DNA from: the human T2T-CHM13v2.0 reference genome, Homo sapiens
Assembly: GCF_009914755.1 (NCBI RefSeq)
Contig: NC_060940.1
Length of the DNA: 64,000 nt
Direction: 5' to 3' (one strand)
Shown here: in pieces, positions 1 through 14,454 of the stretch
How the letters are laid out: each line of letters begins with the position of its first letter
Numbering within the stretch: the stretch's first letter is position 1
Translations under genes and position numbers: made by a program
Notes under the pieces: generated by a model
The model's database searches: none
Told to the model about the DNA's origin: nothing
Seen by the model: the letters and a program-made list of their open reading frames with translations, nothing else

Positions 1-69
1 ATGAAGATGTCAAAAGTGGACACAGGGAAACTGCTTAGTAAACTCACAGAGTAACCCAACTGAATGATG

Positions 70-460
70 ATGATGCCTGGTCCTAGAAAAGTGGCAGTAG
101 GAATGGATATACTTTTTGTGATAACACTGACAGATAGGGGGATGAGGAAAAGGGAGGAAGCATGAATGACTTCTAGCAAATGCAGAAATAGTAATGATTT
201 ACTCACATGGGGAGGATAGCTGAAGATCTAATTTGTAGGGTTTGACAAGACCCCAGGGCTCCATTTTAGACAAGTTTGAGATGCCTGTTAAACTTTCAAG
301 TGCGGATTTAAGAATACAATGTATACTCGAGTCTAGAGCTTAGGGAAGAATTCAGGTCTAAAAGTAGGATTTGAGGGGCTATTCCTATATTCATATTAAA
401 CATTACCGTATTAAATGAGTTCTCAAGGACAGAGAAAAGTAGATACCAAGGGAATATTGG
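70..460 (-). mobile_element. L2 LINE relic
   Basis: gagatgcctgttaaac...gagtctagagcttagggaagaattcaggtct resembles antisense L2 consensus; boundaries approximate. Confidence 0.6.
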
Positions 461-1574
461 GGTTTTGAAGAAAAATTGGCCCAAGGTTAGGGAGGCAACT
501 TTGGATCCTTCTTGAAATCCATCTTGGCTTTGGATTCTCAGATCTTAGACTCAAGGTAACCTTGCAGAGATTTCAATAATAATTAGTATGTAAACTTTCA
601 GTAAACATTATTTCCCAGACATGGAACATCTGGCCAAAGTCAGTGTGATTTGAAATGAAGTCGGCTTTATCTAGATGTCTCTCCCAGAGGGACACATTGT
701 GAGGAAACAGATATTACATTGGGTGATTATGGAGGGTGGGGAAATAAGCTTGTTGGTTCCTTGGCCAGATGTCTAAGTATATGGTAACGGAGTTAATGGA
801 TGTTGGGGAAGAAAGACATGTGCAGAGTTGGCATCCTTTCAGCCAAGCCAGGCAAGGTTGCTGATGAAGGACGCCTGCTGCTGCCATGGAGCTGAAGATA
901 TATTCTCGGACCCAAGGAAGAAACACAGAGGATGCATTATCATATGGAATGATTAGTTGGCTAATGAGCCTTGAGGGGCAGGAAAAAATGGACTATAAAA
1001 CAAATTAAACCAGTACCTGACATCCTAATGTTCTTTGTAAACACATGATGATGTCAGTGTGTGTGTATGTGCGTGTGTTTCCTCCTGCCAGCCCATGAGG
1101 TTAGCCAACCCCACACAAATACTCAGAATTAGGCTGACCATCTCCCCATTCCCCAAGTCTGATTCCTGGGCAGGATGCCGTGCATGAGGAAGGTGATTTG
1201 GCTTTTAGAGAGATCCTTTCCCTGTGGTTGTTCTTGGTAGAGGATGAAAGATGAGATTTCTCTGAAAAGCTCATCCCTTTGAATTGTGTTCCCGAGGAAA
1301 GAGGCCAGATGCTATGTGACCAAAGCTTTAGAAAACTCCAGGATTTTGGGTGATGAGCATGCAATGCCTGGCTGTCTTCCATCTGCAGCAAGGGCAGAGC
1401 CAGCAGGGAATGGACAACAATACAGAGAAGAAAAGGAAGCAGGGGGTGAGGGATGACTTGCTCACAGACCAGATTATTTCATCCCCAAATGGAATGGTTC
1501 AGAGTGAATGAAATCACCCTGATACGGAGCAGGGGATGCTGATTTAGCTACCATGACAGTGCCATAGCCACTCT

Positions 1575-1790
1575 TCCTGTATTGACTACTTACTACGTTC
1601 AGACTTGTTTTAAAGGTTTTTCACTCATTGACTAATTCCACACCAATCAGAGCAGCATGGAGGGTATACCATGGCTGTGCCTATTTTATGCATGAAAAAA
1701 ATAAGTGTTTAGAGAGATAAAGTGATTTTCTTACGGTTTCACAGACCGTAAAGCTTGGACTCTAGGATTGGAACTCAGGCAGTGACATGT
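1575..1790 (-). mobile_element. MIR SINE
   Basis: cctattttatgcatgaaaaaa...agagagataaagtgattt...ggattggaactcaggcagt matches antisense MIR core. Confidence 0.65.
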
Positions 1791-1939
1791 CTGCATGTTG
1801 GAGGCACATTTTGCTACGTTATCAAGGAAATACTCAGTTATTAAAAAGAGAGAAGGAAATGCCTCATGGGAACAAAGGCCAGGATCTAAAATGGTTTTAA
1901 TTTAAAATAAATACAGCCATTTGTGTTATGTTTAATATG

Positions 1940-2120
1940 TGCGCAGCATTTTACGGTAAAATTGCCATATCTGATTTGATTTAATCTATATAACAGCTCC
2001 ATGGGGTAGGTATTATGATCCTCATTGTACATTTGTTGAAGCTGGCTCAGGAAGGATCCTTGGCCAGGGTCAGGCAGTTCAGCTTGGCTGAGCGATAGGA
2101 TTTGAGTTCAGACCTTTGTC
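1940..2120 (-). mobile_element. MIR SINE
   Basis: aacagctccatggggtaggtattatgatcctcatt...ggatttgagttcagac. Confidence 0.6.
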
Positions 2121-2898
2121 TATTACACATGCCCTTCAGATAGTATTCTAGTCAGATTTCTTTCCAATTATCAGTGCTTCTGCATTATCTATAATCTGGG
2201 ATGTTTATTTTTACTTCAAGAATCTCTCATAAAGACTGGATACCAGAAACCTTCCAAATTGTGATTTCTCCTGTTCTGCCCCTGAAACTTCATTATTTAA
2301 TGTTCCCGGTAATAATAATGGACACCCATTTCTGGATTAAAGTACGTGCCTTTTCAAATGATGCATCGTGGAAAGGTTATTATTAATAAAGGTAGCATTA
2401 AAACACCACAAATAACTCTGTAACCTTGCTTGGGCTCAATAAATTCCCTGCAGAAAATTTTATTTCCAGCAAACCCTTAAAATTTAGCTCGCTTTTAATA
2501 TACTGTGACCTTCAGTGGCCCTTATCATTCATTATATACGAGTGACCTTTCCAAAGTTGAGAAGGATAGTTGCAACAGCTTTTGGATATTAAAACCTATA
2601 AGAGGTAGGTATGGTTTTCGTTCATTCCTACTGATAATTAATTCATGTACTTTAAAGACATAGCATTATTCCTTTTATGACACAGGTGGTGATGGTTTCA
2701 TAAGGGCATGGAATATAAATGGTTATCTTGGCTAAAGTGGGTTTCTGTCCTTTTTAGATGCTGAGTTCTAGCTATAGCATGACTCAGACTGGGGTTTCCC
2801 TTGGAAGGAGCAATGTCAAGCTGTTGGAGACTTGATCATCATTTTGATGATCATCCTTGTGCCATTTTGACGATCGACCCCTTACATCTTCTAACAGC

Positions 2899-3167
2899 TT
2901 TTTTTTTTTTTTTTTTTTTCCTTTTTTGAGACAGTCTCACTCTGTCGCCCAGGCTGGAGTGCAATGGCATGATCTCAGCTCACTGCAACCTCGGCTTTCT
3001 GGGGTTCAAGTGATTCTCCTGCCTCAGCCTCCCAAGTAGCTGGGATTACAGGTGCCCACCACCATGCCTGGCTAATTTTTGTATTTTTAGTAGAGATGGG
3101 GTTTCACCATATTGGTCAGGCTGGTCTCAAACTCCTGACTTCGGGTGATCCACCCACCTCAGTCTCC
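2899..3167 (-). mobile_element. AluS, lacking ~35 bp of 5' end
   Basis: poly-T, gagacagtctcactctgtcgcccaggctggagtg, both arms present. Confidence 0.95.
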
Positions 3168-3800
3168 TTTAAAAAAAAATTCTTTATTAAATAAAACTTA
3201 AAGCATATTTAAAAGTAGAGAGAATAGCCTGAAGAATCACCTTCTTTGAATCACCCAGATTAAATAATTATCAAGGTATTGCTAATCTTACTTTACATAT
3301 GCCCTGGCCACTCTCCCTCTCTAGTCTCATGCTACTAGTCTTAAGCAAATACCAGATATCATATCATTGTTTTCTTAAATATTTCAGGTTGCATCTCTAA
3401 AGGATAAGAAGGTTTTTTTCCTAACACCTGTAATATCTACTAACAATTAACAGTGATTTTATGAATCTCACCACTATTAAATAGTGGTTTAATTTTCCAA
3501 TTTTTTCAAAAATGTCATTGTTTTCTTATTTCCAATTCTAAAAATAGTCTTTATTTTTTTACAGCAGTTTCAGGTTCAGAGCAAAATTGAGCAGAAGGCA
3601 CTGAGAATTTGCATTTCCCCTTGCCCCACATTTGCATAGCTTCCTCCTTTAGGAACACCCTTCCCAGTGGTACACTTCCTATGATTGATTTTATGATAGT
3701 TTGTTTATTTGAAACAGGATCCAAATAAAGGCAGTACACTGTGATTGATTGATATATCTTTAAAAGGCCATTTTACTCTGTTAAAAAAAAGCTTAAAACG

Positions 3801-4105
3801 TTTTTTTTTTTTTTTTTGAGAGTGGAAGTCTTGCTCTGTCGTTCAGGCTGGGGTACAGCGGCGTGATCTCAAAGGCTCACTGCAGCCTCTGACTCCTGGA
3901 TTCAAGCAATTCTCCTCCCTCAGCTTCCTGAGTAGCTGGAACTGCAGGTGTATGCCACGACGCCTGACTAATTTTTGTACTTTTTAATAGAGATGGGGTT
4001 TCACCATAATGGCCAGGCTGGTTTCAAACTCCTGACCTCAAGTGATCTGCCCACCTTGGCCTTCCAAAGTGCTGGGATTACAGCTGTGAGCCACCGTACC
4101 CAGCC
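3801..4105 (-). mobile_element. AluS (Sx/Sz-like), full length
   Basis: poly-T through gagccaccgtacccagcc. Confidence 0.95.
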
Positions 4106-4923
4106 TGTATTAAGCATCTTTTAATCAGTCTTTCTCCCATATTTTTGTGTGTTTGTTTTAACATTTTTCTTTGTGGTGATTGTTGACCTTGTTGAAGAAA
4201 ACAGATTGTTTGTCCTGCAGTATTTCTCACAGTCTGGTGTTTGCTGATTGCATCCCTGTGGTGTGATTTCACATGTTCCTGTGTCCTTTGTATTCTTTTA
4301 AATTAGTCTAGGTCAGATGCAAGTTCCATTTCTTTGGTCATTTCTTCTTCCAAGAAGAGGTACATTGATCGATTGTCTCCCTTTTTGTGGTGCTATTTAA
4401 TCTCCATGGGCTAGGTATTATTAGCTTTATTCTACATGTGATGAAGCATCCATTGACCATGGATGCTCAATGCATTTTTCAGGGGTTGCAATTTAGTGAC
4501 ACTGTAATTTTACCCTTCCTTCTTCATGGAGTTACCGGAGTACTTCTTAAAGAGAAATTTCCCAGTCTACTATTAGGATAGTCAGGGGGTATAGTTTATA
4601 CAGGAAATACAGGAAAAATGCTTGATTTTCTCTTTGTGATTTCAAATATATGAGCTTGTTTATTTGCATACTCTAGTGACTGGAATTTTTGGTTTTACTA
4701 CAAATGCAGGGATGGAAGTTATTATCTTTGTTGATGCTCAGATTATTCAATCATCAACCGGTGAGAGCTTCCTCCTTCCTCAAGTTTCTGCAGAAGTCAT
4801 TTTGACATGACTCTGCTTGTCTTTGGTGGCTTTCTTACTATCTAGTATGACTTGATATTCTAGATTCATCTTGTATATTTGCTACCCCACACCTGAAATA
4901 ATCCATTTCCCCGAGGAGATCTG

Positions 4924-5003
4924 TTAGGTTGGTACAAAAGTAATTGCAGTTTTTTCCCATTAAAAGTGGTGACAAAACTGCAATTACTTTTGCAGTAATC
5001 TAA
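4924..5003. mobile_element. MADE1 (Hsmar1-derived mariner MITE), 80 bp
   Basis: ttaggttggtacaaaagtaattgcagtttt...aaaactgcaattacttttgcagtaatctaa, followed by TA. Confidence 0.92.
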
Positions 5004-5169
5004 TAGTTCCTAAGGGTATTTCAGGATCATAACCTGGGTACTAGAGGTGTCCCATGAATCTTAAAAGAGTCTTATCATCTTTTCCCCCAAAAACCACCTC
5101 CTCCAGTTACCATCATCTTGATAATCGGCCTCTCCATCCATCCTGGTACTCAGGCAAGAGAGTTCAGAG

Positions 5170-5435
5170 TTTTCTTTCTTTCCTTTTTTTTGAGACAGAG
5201 TCTTGCTCTGTTGCCCAGGCTGGAGTACAGCAGCATGATATTGGCTTACTGCAACCTCTGCCTCCTGGGTTCAAGCGATTCTCATGCCTCCACCTTACAA
5301 GTAGCTGGAATTACAGGTGCCTTCCACCACACCCAGGTAATTTTTGTATTTTTTAGTAGAGGCGGGGTTTCGCCATGTTGGCCAGGTTGGTCTTGAACTC
5401 CTGACCTCAAGTGATCTAGGCCTCCCAAAGTGCTG
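5170..5435 (-). mobile_element. AluS, head deleted and fused to next Alu
   Basis: T-rich tail, both arms, ends at cctcccaaagtgctg. Confidence 0.93.
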
Positions 5436-5709
5436 AGTCTCTGTCACCCAGACTGCTGGGGTGCAATGGCACAATCTTGGCTCATGGCAACCTCTGCCTC
5501 TCAGGTTCAAGCAATGTTCCTGCCTCAGCCTCCCAAGTAGCTGAGATTACAGGCTCCTGCCACCATGCCCAGCTAATTTTTGTACTTTTAGTAGAGACAG
5601 GGTTTCATCATATTAGTCAGGCTGATCTTGAACCCCTGACCTCAGGTGATCCACCCACCCTGGCCTCCCAAACTGCTGGGATTACAGGCATGAGCCACCA
5701 TACCTAACC
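5436..5709 (-). mobile_element. AluS lacking poly-A tail
   Basis: agtctctgtcacccag...gagccaccatacctaacc. Confidence 0.93.
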
Positions 5710-5729
5710 AGCAAGTTTTCTTTTATTTA

Positions 5730-6260
5730 TCTTTCTTCCTTCCAGTCCATCCTTTGATTTTTCTTTCCAGTTCCACTGCCAGAGTCAGAGCCCTACACTC
5801 CCTCACCTGGACCGACAAGTTTGACGCCTAATAAAATGGACTTCTAGTCTTGCTCTCTCTAGTCCAGTCCCCATCATGCCAAACAAGCCTGTTTTATGAA
5901 AAACAAAACAGAACAGGAAAGCAAAATAAAACCAAAACTGGTCCTGCCATGCCCTTGCTCAGAAATGTTCTGTGGCTTTCTGCTCCCTAGAGAACAATTC
6001 AACGCTGCTCCGGTTCTTGGTGTCCCTCCGTTTCCAGTCCCATAACCTGCTTCTTCCTTCCATTTCCTTCATAGTAGGGATTTATCCCTAACTCTTCTTA
6101 CTTCGTTCCTGCTGCTCCCATGCCTGATGTCCCTGTATTCCTCTTCCCCCATTTTGCCCAAGGTCACGCAGAAATTTATGCCAAGGCTCTCTTCAGATGA
6201 TTCTTTTTTGTGATGACTTCCACTGACCTTGGCCAGAACTGCTTATTCCCTTGATTTTAT
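5730..6260 (+). mobile_element. L2 LINE relic
   Basis: ctcacctggac...cccttgctcagaaatgttctgtggcttt resembles L2 3' region. Confidence 0.55.
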
Positions 6261-6274
6261 TTCTTTAACGCACA

Positions 6275-6810
<536 letters not shown>

Positions 6811-7625
6811 GTTGTTAGCAGTAATAATGTTTGCAGTGGTAACATTTCTTTACATCTCTATTAATATCACCACATCTCAGTAATTTTACCTGGATCTTGC
6901 ATTTTCTTTAAATTGGGAAGTTTTTCAGGGGAAGGGTCTCATCTTAGCAATTCTTCCTTTTAACACTTGGGGCTGAGCGGTACCTTACACACAGTGAGGC
7001 CTCCGCTATTATTTGCAAATTTTTGTGCCATGGATGTAGCAGAAATTATCCGAGGGCTCCTGATGTAACTCCTGCCCCCAATCTTGCATCTTAGCTGGAA
7101 ACAATAAATAACGGAATAATATTGTCTGGTACCAAAGGGTGTCCCAGAGCAGGAATTGCGCAGAGAGCTTGATGAAGCAGAAAGAAGGAAGAGTGGCTAA
7201 CACAATTAGTGAGTGTCTGGCCCTGAAGAATGGATTGTATTGGACAGAGGGGAGAAAGGGGATTGTTCTAGGAGGAGAGAGAGTGATAAGGTAAGTATAG
7301 AAGTAAGAGGCAGCTGTCACTGCAGTGGCTGAATGTAAACAAAGAAAATCATTTAGTTGAATATTAGTGAGTCAAATCAAGAAAATTCCCATGTAATATA
7401 ACAAGTTTTAGGAAATGACTATTAGTCACAGTTTTATCTAATGGGGAAAAATACTGTGTTGCGTAAATAGTCATAATCACCACTATTCCAGATAAAGTTA
7501 AATAAATAAAACATTTTTCTGCTTGTAATCTTTCCCTACGTACATAAGAGATCTTCAGGTCTTAAATGGCATTTCCAGTGTCTTAGTCTGTGCCTCACTT
7601 GTACAATCTTAATGGGACCCCCTTA

Positions 7626-7942
7626 GGCTGGGCACAGTGGCCTGCCCCATGCCTATAATTCTAGCACTTTGGGAGGCTGAGGCAGGAGGATCGCTTGAGC
7701 ACAGGAGTTCAAGACCAGCCTGGCCAACATGGTGAAACCCTGTCTCTGCAAAAAGTGCACAAAAATTAAGCATGGTGGCATGTACCTGTAGTTCCAGCTA
7801 CTCAGGAGGCTCAGGTGGGAGGATCGCTTGAGCCCAGGAGGTTGAGGTTACAGTGTTGGTGCCACTGTACTCCAGCCTGCGCAACAGAATGAGACCCTGT
7901 TTCAAAAAAGAAAAAAAGAAATTAAATTTAAAGAAAGAAATA
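7626..7942 (+). mobile_element. AluJ
   Basis: ggaggatcgcttgagc in both arms; near-TSD aatgggacccc / aatggcacccc. Confidence 0.93.
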
Positions 7943-8596
7943 AATGGCACCCCTTGAGTGATGGCTGTAATTGAGGAAACTGTCAGTTTGAAGCAGTGGA
8001 GGAAGCTAAAGTTATAGTATCTTTCCTAATAGGGTAAATTTTTGTTTCATATTTTATTTCATCCTGCTCTGCTTATTAGGAAACATAATATAAAATGTTT
8101 TTTTGGGGAGGCAGGGAAGAATTATAATAATTATGGATAATATTTCAATTTATGTAAATAATAGTTCAACATAAATAATATATAAGTAATATTCTAATTC
8201 TGTAATTACAGCAGTGGGTGGTATGTTTTGAGGTTTTATTAAGTATCAACCATTGATTTAAACACATTTTGTTGAATCCCCTAAGATCTCCAGCGTCAGG
8301 TTTCCTGTCTTTCCCACTTGACAGACTAACTCCGGCTTTGAGAGTAAATGCGAAGTATATCAGGTCAAATTAAGTCTCAGGTGAGATCTGTCTCCTGAAA
8401 GATAAACACTGGGTTGACACCCTGACCATGATTCATATTGGGTCTATGGAGGTGCAAACTGGAGAAAAAAATCATGAGTTTCTTCTTGTTGTCGTTGGTT
8501 TAGAATAAGTCACTGTAATGAAAATCCTTCTTCAAATTTTGTGTTTCTGTATGCTGTTGAAGGGAAACTCACAGATTTGCACACATCTTCACATAA

Positions 8597-8860
<264 letters not shown>

Positions 8861-9053
8861 TTTAATTTTTAGTAAATATTGTCAGGTGTCCAATGCAGAA
8901 TCATGTCATGTGAGGCTGTTCCTTTGCAGGGGACTTCATGTGAGGGTAGAGTGTTTCTTGTGGCATCTTTTTTGGGATGCAAAACTTATCCTACAGGTCA
9001 TTTATAGTATTTTGGAATGAGTAAAGGCTTTTTGCTGTCCAACGGAATTATTA

Positions 9054-9620
<567 letters not shown>

Positions 9621-11296
9621 CCAAAGTAAGATGAGTACAGTAAAATAAATCTAATTTTAGTTTATTATAGAACACTTGGCAAACACAGAAAAGTACAAGG
9701 ATGCAAATTCCTCAGAATCCCATGGTTACAGTCACCTTGAGCATTTTACTGGATGTTTGATTTTACTAATCCCCTCTTGATGAGCACTTAGGTTATTTCT
9801 TTCCTAATATATGAAATATCTCCTAATTTTGAAAATGTTTCCTCTGTCTACTATGTGATAGAATTTGTTTCATTTCTTTGCACTCAATGAGGGTTCTTGG
9901 GGTGGGATAGAGGGGCAAAGTGGGTAGTTTGGGTGGAGCTAAACAAATCTAAGTGATGCCAGTATAAACGGCGGGAAAATATCTGTCCATAGCTGCTTGT
10001 CATTTTTGTGTCAGCTCCCCAAGGTGTTTGTCAGTGTCTCTAATCTCCTTACACTGTGGTCTCGCCTGAGGATTTGCATATTATGGACAAAGTGAATGTG
10101 GGGGAGTGTAGGGACAAAGCAAGGAAATTTGACATTTAGCTGTCAACGATATTGTCTTTCAAGTGAGGTTTTGGAATCTGGTAAGCAAAAGATTCTAATG
10201 AGTTTGAATGAACCGATGAGTGTAATACCTGTTTTCCTTTCTCTTTTCCTCGATCTCTCATTCTGTCTCCTCCCTTTCTTCCCCTACCCCTTTTCTCTTT
10301 CTGCTTTACCCATTTGTGTTTGAATACTGGATCTTTATCAAGGTCACATTCATATATCTCAAGCAAGGGAAAATAAAAACCTTGTAATTTATTTATGCAT
10401 GTAATTGCCTGGCCTCATTCCTTTTTTATTTCTCCTCTGCTTACTTCCTAATTCCTGGTGGGTCTATAGCTGTTACCAGGAGAGGAGACTGGCGTGGTCG
10501 CTGACCAAATCAATGAAGATACTCCTTTAGAGACAAAGTTTACAGTTCTTAGTTGTGATAAGCATTATGAAAATCTAAATGAAATTGTCTAGGAGAGGTA
10601 CATTATGAAATCACACTCCCTTTTGAGTGTTAATATGGATCAACAGTGATAAATATTTGAGACACTGGTTGACTGGACATGTGATGAAGAATTAAGACTT
10701 TTTTTTTTTTTTTCTTTTTTACTGTGGAAGTGAGCTGCATACAGAAAGAACAAAGACGGAGTGCAGATTAATAACCAAAGTCCTGATGTGGCAATTGATT
10801 AAACTCTCTTTTTATGATACCTTTCCTCTAGAGTGAAAAGTGAGTTTGTGTTCGTGAATGCCCTGGTGACAAGAGTCTCTTTTTCCCCGAAGAAAGAGAT
10901 TCACGTATGGCTGAAATTTCCCGGAGAACACAGGAGGGGGGGGAAATATTGCAATAAATCAAGTGAGTTTTTGTGATCCCTATAAGCAAAAACATACTTC
11001 AGTTATGATGGATTGTGTTAGAGAGTAAATTAGATTGCATGGAGGCTAAGTACTAATGTTGATATTTACAGTGCTTAAATATATTGTCTGCCTCCTCTAA
11101 ATGCAGCTCATTCATTGGCTTTATGTTGTGGAGGAAATATCAGAATAATGACCTGGGTTTTTTTTTTCTGTCTTTATAGTTTAATATCATGCAACTGTTT
11201 ATTAATAAGCTCCAAACCCCAAAGGATCCTTCTAATCCTATTCTAATATCAGACTAAATTTAATAAGATGCATTCTTTTCCCCACTGCTTATGCCT

Positions 11297-11420
11297 CATT
11301 CATTCATTTATTCAACCAATATTTATTGAGGGCTTCCCAAAGTGACAGGCCTGGGTTAGGCTTTGGGAATACAATGTTGAAACACGACAGGCTTGGTCTC
11401 TGCCAACAAATGGGGACAGA
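11297..11420 (-). mobile_element. L2 3' terminus
   Basis: cattcattcatttattcaaccaatatttattgag. Confidence 0.75.
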
Positions 11421-12119
11421 CCAAAAGGGAAAAAGAAAAAAAAAGACCAAAGACACTGAGCCAAGAATGCCGCCAGGCGTTTAAGGATGTATATTGTTTC
11501 TCTAATGTAATGACTTCGAGATTTTTGGGAGAGATGAGAGTTTAGAATGCTTGAAGATGTTGGTGTCCTTGGAGTGCAAGGATTATCTCCTGGGATAATG
11601 GAGGGGAAATTTCTTGCAATTTTCTCATTTTGCCAAGCCCCCACCCCTGGCACTGTTGAAATTTTATGAGGGTTTGCTATGGGTTTTTTTTTTTTTTTTT
11701 TTTTTTGAGGCAAACATAACTTTGTTCAGGTTACCAGAAGTAGGCAACCGCTCAGTTGAATTCCAGATTCAGGACAAGATGTCTTGCTGATGGTGAGGTC
11801 AAAGATGAGGGGAAATCTTCAGAGAGAAAGCAAGCCTGAAGGCTGCACTTCAGACAAAGGCCTGACCCGGGTTCTTCACACTTGAAAGGATGGCAGAGTT
11901 CAAAGGAGGCAGTGCCAAAGGAGCAAACGCAGACACACGGGAAGGCTTGTGAAAAGGGTTTTTATTTGAAGTAGAGTTTTTGAGCACGTGATGGGGTCGG
12001 GGGTGGAATGGAGAAATGCAAGTAACATGCTTCTTTATCACAGAAATTCTCATCAAAGTCATTTCCTATCAGAAATATGAGTGTTTATTGGTTTTCATTA
12101 ATCCCTGCCCCTATTCTCT

Positions 12120-12217
12120 TTCTAGCCTTCCTTTCCTCCTTCTTTCCCTGCCTTCCTCCCTCCTCTTCTTCCTCCCTCCTCTCCTTCCTCCCTCCTCTCC
12201 TTCCTCCCTCTCCTTCT
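12120..12217. repeat. CT-rich (CCTT/CCT) polypyrimidine tract
   Basis: seen directly. Confidence 0.9.
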
Positions 12218-12407
12218 CAGATGTGAATGTGTTAAAGATCCAACCTTTGCTAACTTCTTGCACTGGCCTAGAACCATCTTTTAGACTGTGTCATTGTTTA
12301 TGCTGGTTTAGATCTTTAAAGATACATCTTTATAAAAAGTTATAACATTCTTGATGACATCGAAGCATTTCCAGAAAATATCGAGATCCGTCTTATATAT
12401 CTGTTTA

Positions 12408-12735
12408 TTCATCCATGCATCCACCATCCATGTATTCATCCATCTATCTACCCACCCATCCACCCATCCATCCACCCATCCATCTACCCACCCATCCACC
12501 CACCCATCCACCCATCCATCCATCCACCCACCATCCACCAATCCATTCACTCATCCATACATTCACCCACCCATCCACCCACCCATCCAGCAATCCATCC
12601 ACCTATCCATTCACTCATCCATTCATTCACCCACCCACCCACCAACTAATTATTTACCCATCCATCCACCCACTTACCCACTCATTTATCCATCCATCCA
12701 TCCATCCATCCATCCATCCATCCATCCATCCATCC
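12408..12735. repeat. (CCAT)n/(CCCA)n tetranucleotide repeat
   Basis: seen directly; pure CCAT run near 12690-12735. Confidence 0.97.
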
Positions 12736-14049
12736 AGCTATCATGTATACAGTAATTAAAACAGCACCATTTTGCAGAGTTGCTTCACTCTAGCTTTCTT
12801 TTCTGTGAATCTGGAACAACTAACTCAGACTCTGTAGCTGGAAAACCAAGAAAAATGAATGTGAAAGAATGCCACATCTTTGCAAAAGCAAACACCACCA
12901 CATGCACTACTATTAATAGACTGCTTTCTCTTTTCATATTCTTCCTGTGACAGTCATAATTTGCATATATAGGGTTAGGTTTGGCAGAAAGGAAGGTAGA
13001 AGAGGTGAATAATTCATCTGGACTTGGAGTAAAGGTTTTAATTTTCTCTTGAATTCAAGATGTCTTTTGGAAACGAAGGTGGCTCTGAAGGAAGATCAAA
13101 ACAAAAGGTGAGCAATTCTGATTTCTTCCCTAAGCAGTGGCCATTATAAAAATAAATTAAACCTGGAGAACTGAACAGGAGTGCGTGGTATCTCTTGTGC
13201 AAGAGACTAGAATAGGGTGATTTATATAGAGATGACCTAATCAAAATCTCTTTAATATTATTGCACGCAATATAAACATTTATATAATAATTTATACTAA
13301 AGAAAATACATATAACATGTATCTCATATTTTGTTTCACTTTAACCTTCTATTTACTCTGTATACTTAAATGTATTTTTAAGTGAAAATTAGTGTTTTAA
13401 AGGGAACTATTCAAAGTTCATTTTCGTCTATAGGGAGGAATGCATGTGTTTAAATGGGTTCTCTGAGTAAATATATTTTTGACACTTGAGGTTATTCAAA
13501 CTGAGCATCTCTCAGTTTTAGGTCTTAAGTTTCTTCCTTCTTCTATATACTTTGTTTTACTTTTAGAAGCTGAAACAGGGCCTCTACCATCTGTTTATCT
13601 ATTTCAGCCAAATTCACCATTCAGATAATGTACATTTCACAACTGAAGCCCACTCAGAGATCAATTTTCACCACTTAAAGAGCATTTAGCCATGATTCCA
13701 GGAATAGAAAATGTATCCTGAGACCCATAATGACTTGATGAGAGAATAAAGGATCATTTGTTATGCAGCAAGTATAAAATTATAACAACATCCCCCTATG
13801 TTTACAGATGAAGGACATTCTGGCTCAGGAAGTGGGGAGGATTCTCCAACTTTCTGACATAAATGATTGGATGCTGTTCTTTCCCACTCTGTTTGTTGTC
13901 TTGGAAACAAATATAGGATACATTGTTTAAAAAAATAGGTAACTGGCATCATTTGGCCCTAAAATTAGGATTAGGGTTTTTTTTTTTTTTTTACGTATAA
14001 CAAGAATGGAGAAACATCTTGCTTACTAATTGGAAGGAATAAGTTTGTT

Positions 14050-14270
14050 GCTACAACGTACTGAGTTTTGGCTCTCAAATTCTGCTCTTCTTAGCCACAA
14101 TTTGGCTCAGAGGATTTGCACCATTTGTTCATCTGTAAAATGGTGATAATAATAGCAGATACTGCCTAAGTCTTACAGTGAGATTTAAATGAGTTAATGG
14201 ATATAAAACACTTACAGCAATGCCTAGCACACAGTAAATGTTCTAGAAGGGTTAGCTGTAATTTTTGGTT
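14050..14270 (+). mobile_element. MIR SINE
   Basis: ttcatctgtaaaatggtgataataatag...gatttaaatgagttaat...tgcctagcacacagtaaatg. Confidence 0.85.
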
Positions 14271-14454
14271 ATTATACTCTTAGGAGAAGCTTCCTACAAT
14301 AACCTTATGAGACCTGCTCTCCTTGTCATGCTTTTGGTTGACCTTTCACAGAGTGTATTTTCAGGTTCGACCTCTACGTTAGCAGTTCCATATACTTTGA
14401 TGCTTGCTTCATGCTTTGCCTATGGTGTTGTAAACAGGAGTTCTCCACATGCAT

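Larger units (their letters stand above)
3168..5055 (-). mobile_element. Old L1M (L1MC/MD/ME-type) 3' fragments, interrupted by Alu and MADE1
   Basis: aaaagtagagagaatag; agcagttttcaggttcagagcaaaattgagcagaagg; ccatttccccgaggag resemble antisense L1M 3' UTR; probably more than one element. Confidence 0.6.

Noticed and set aside
11683-11960. Orphan poly-T run as the tail of a processed pseudogene
   Set aside because: No polyA signal at the expected distance, no convincing TSD and no recognisable mRNA.
12308-12759. Pro/His/Thr-rich and DGWV-repeat ORFs (also 61485-61706 and 45751-45945)
   Set aside because: Reading frames through (CCAT)n/(GGAT)n microsatellites.
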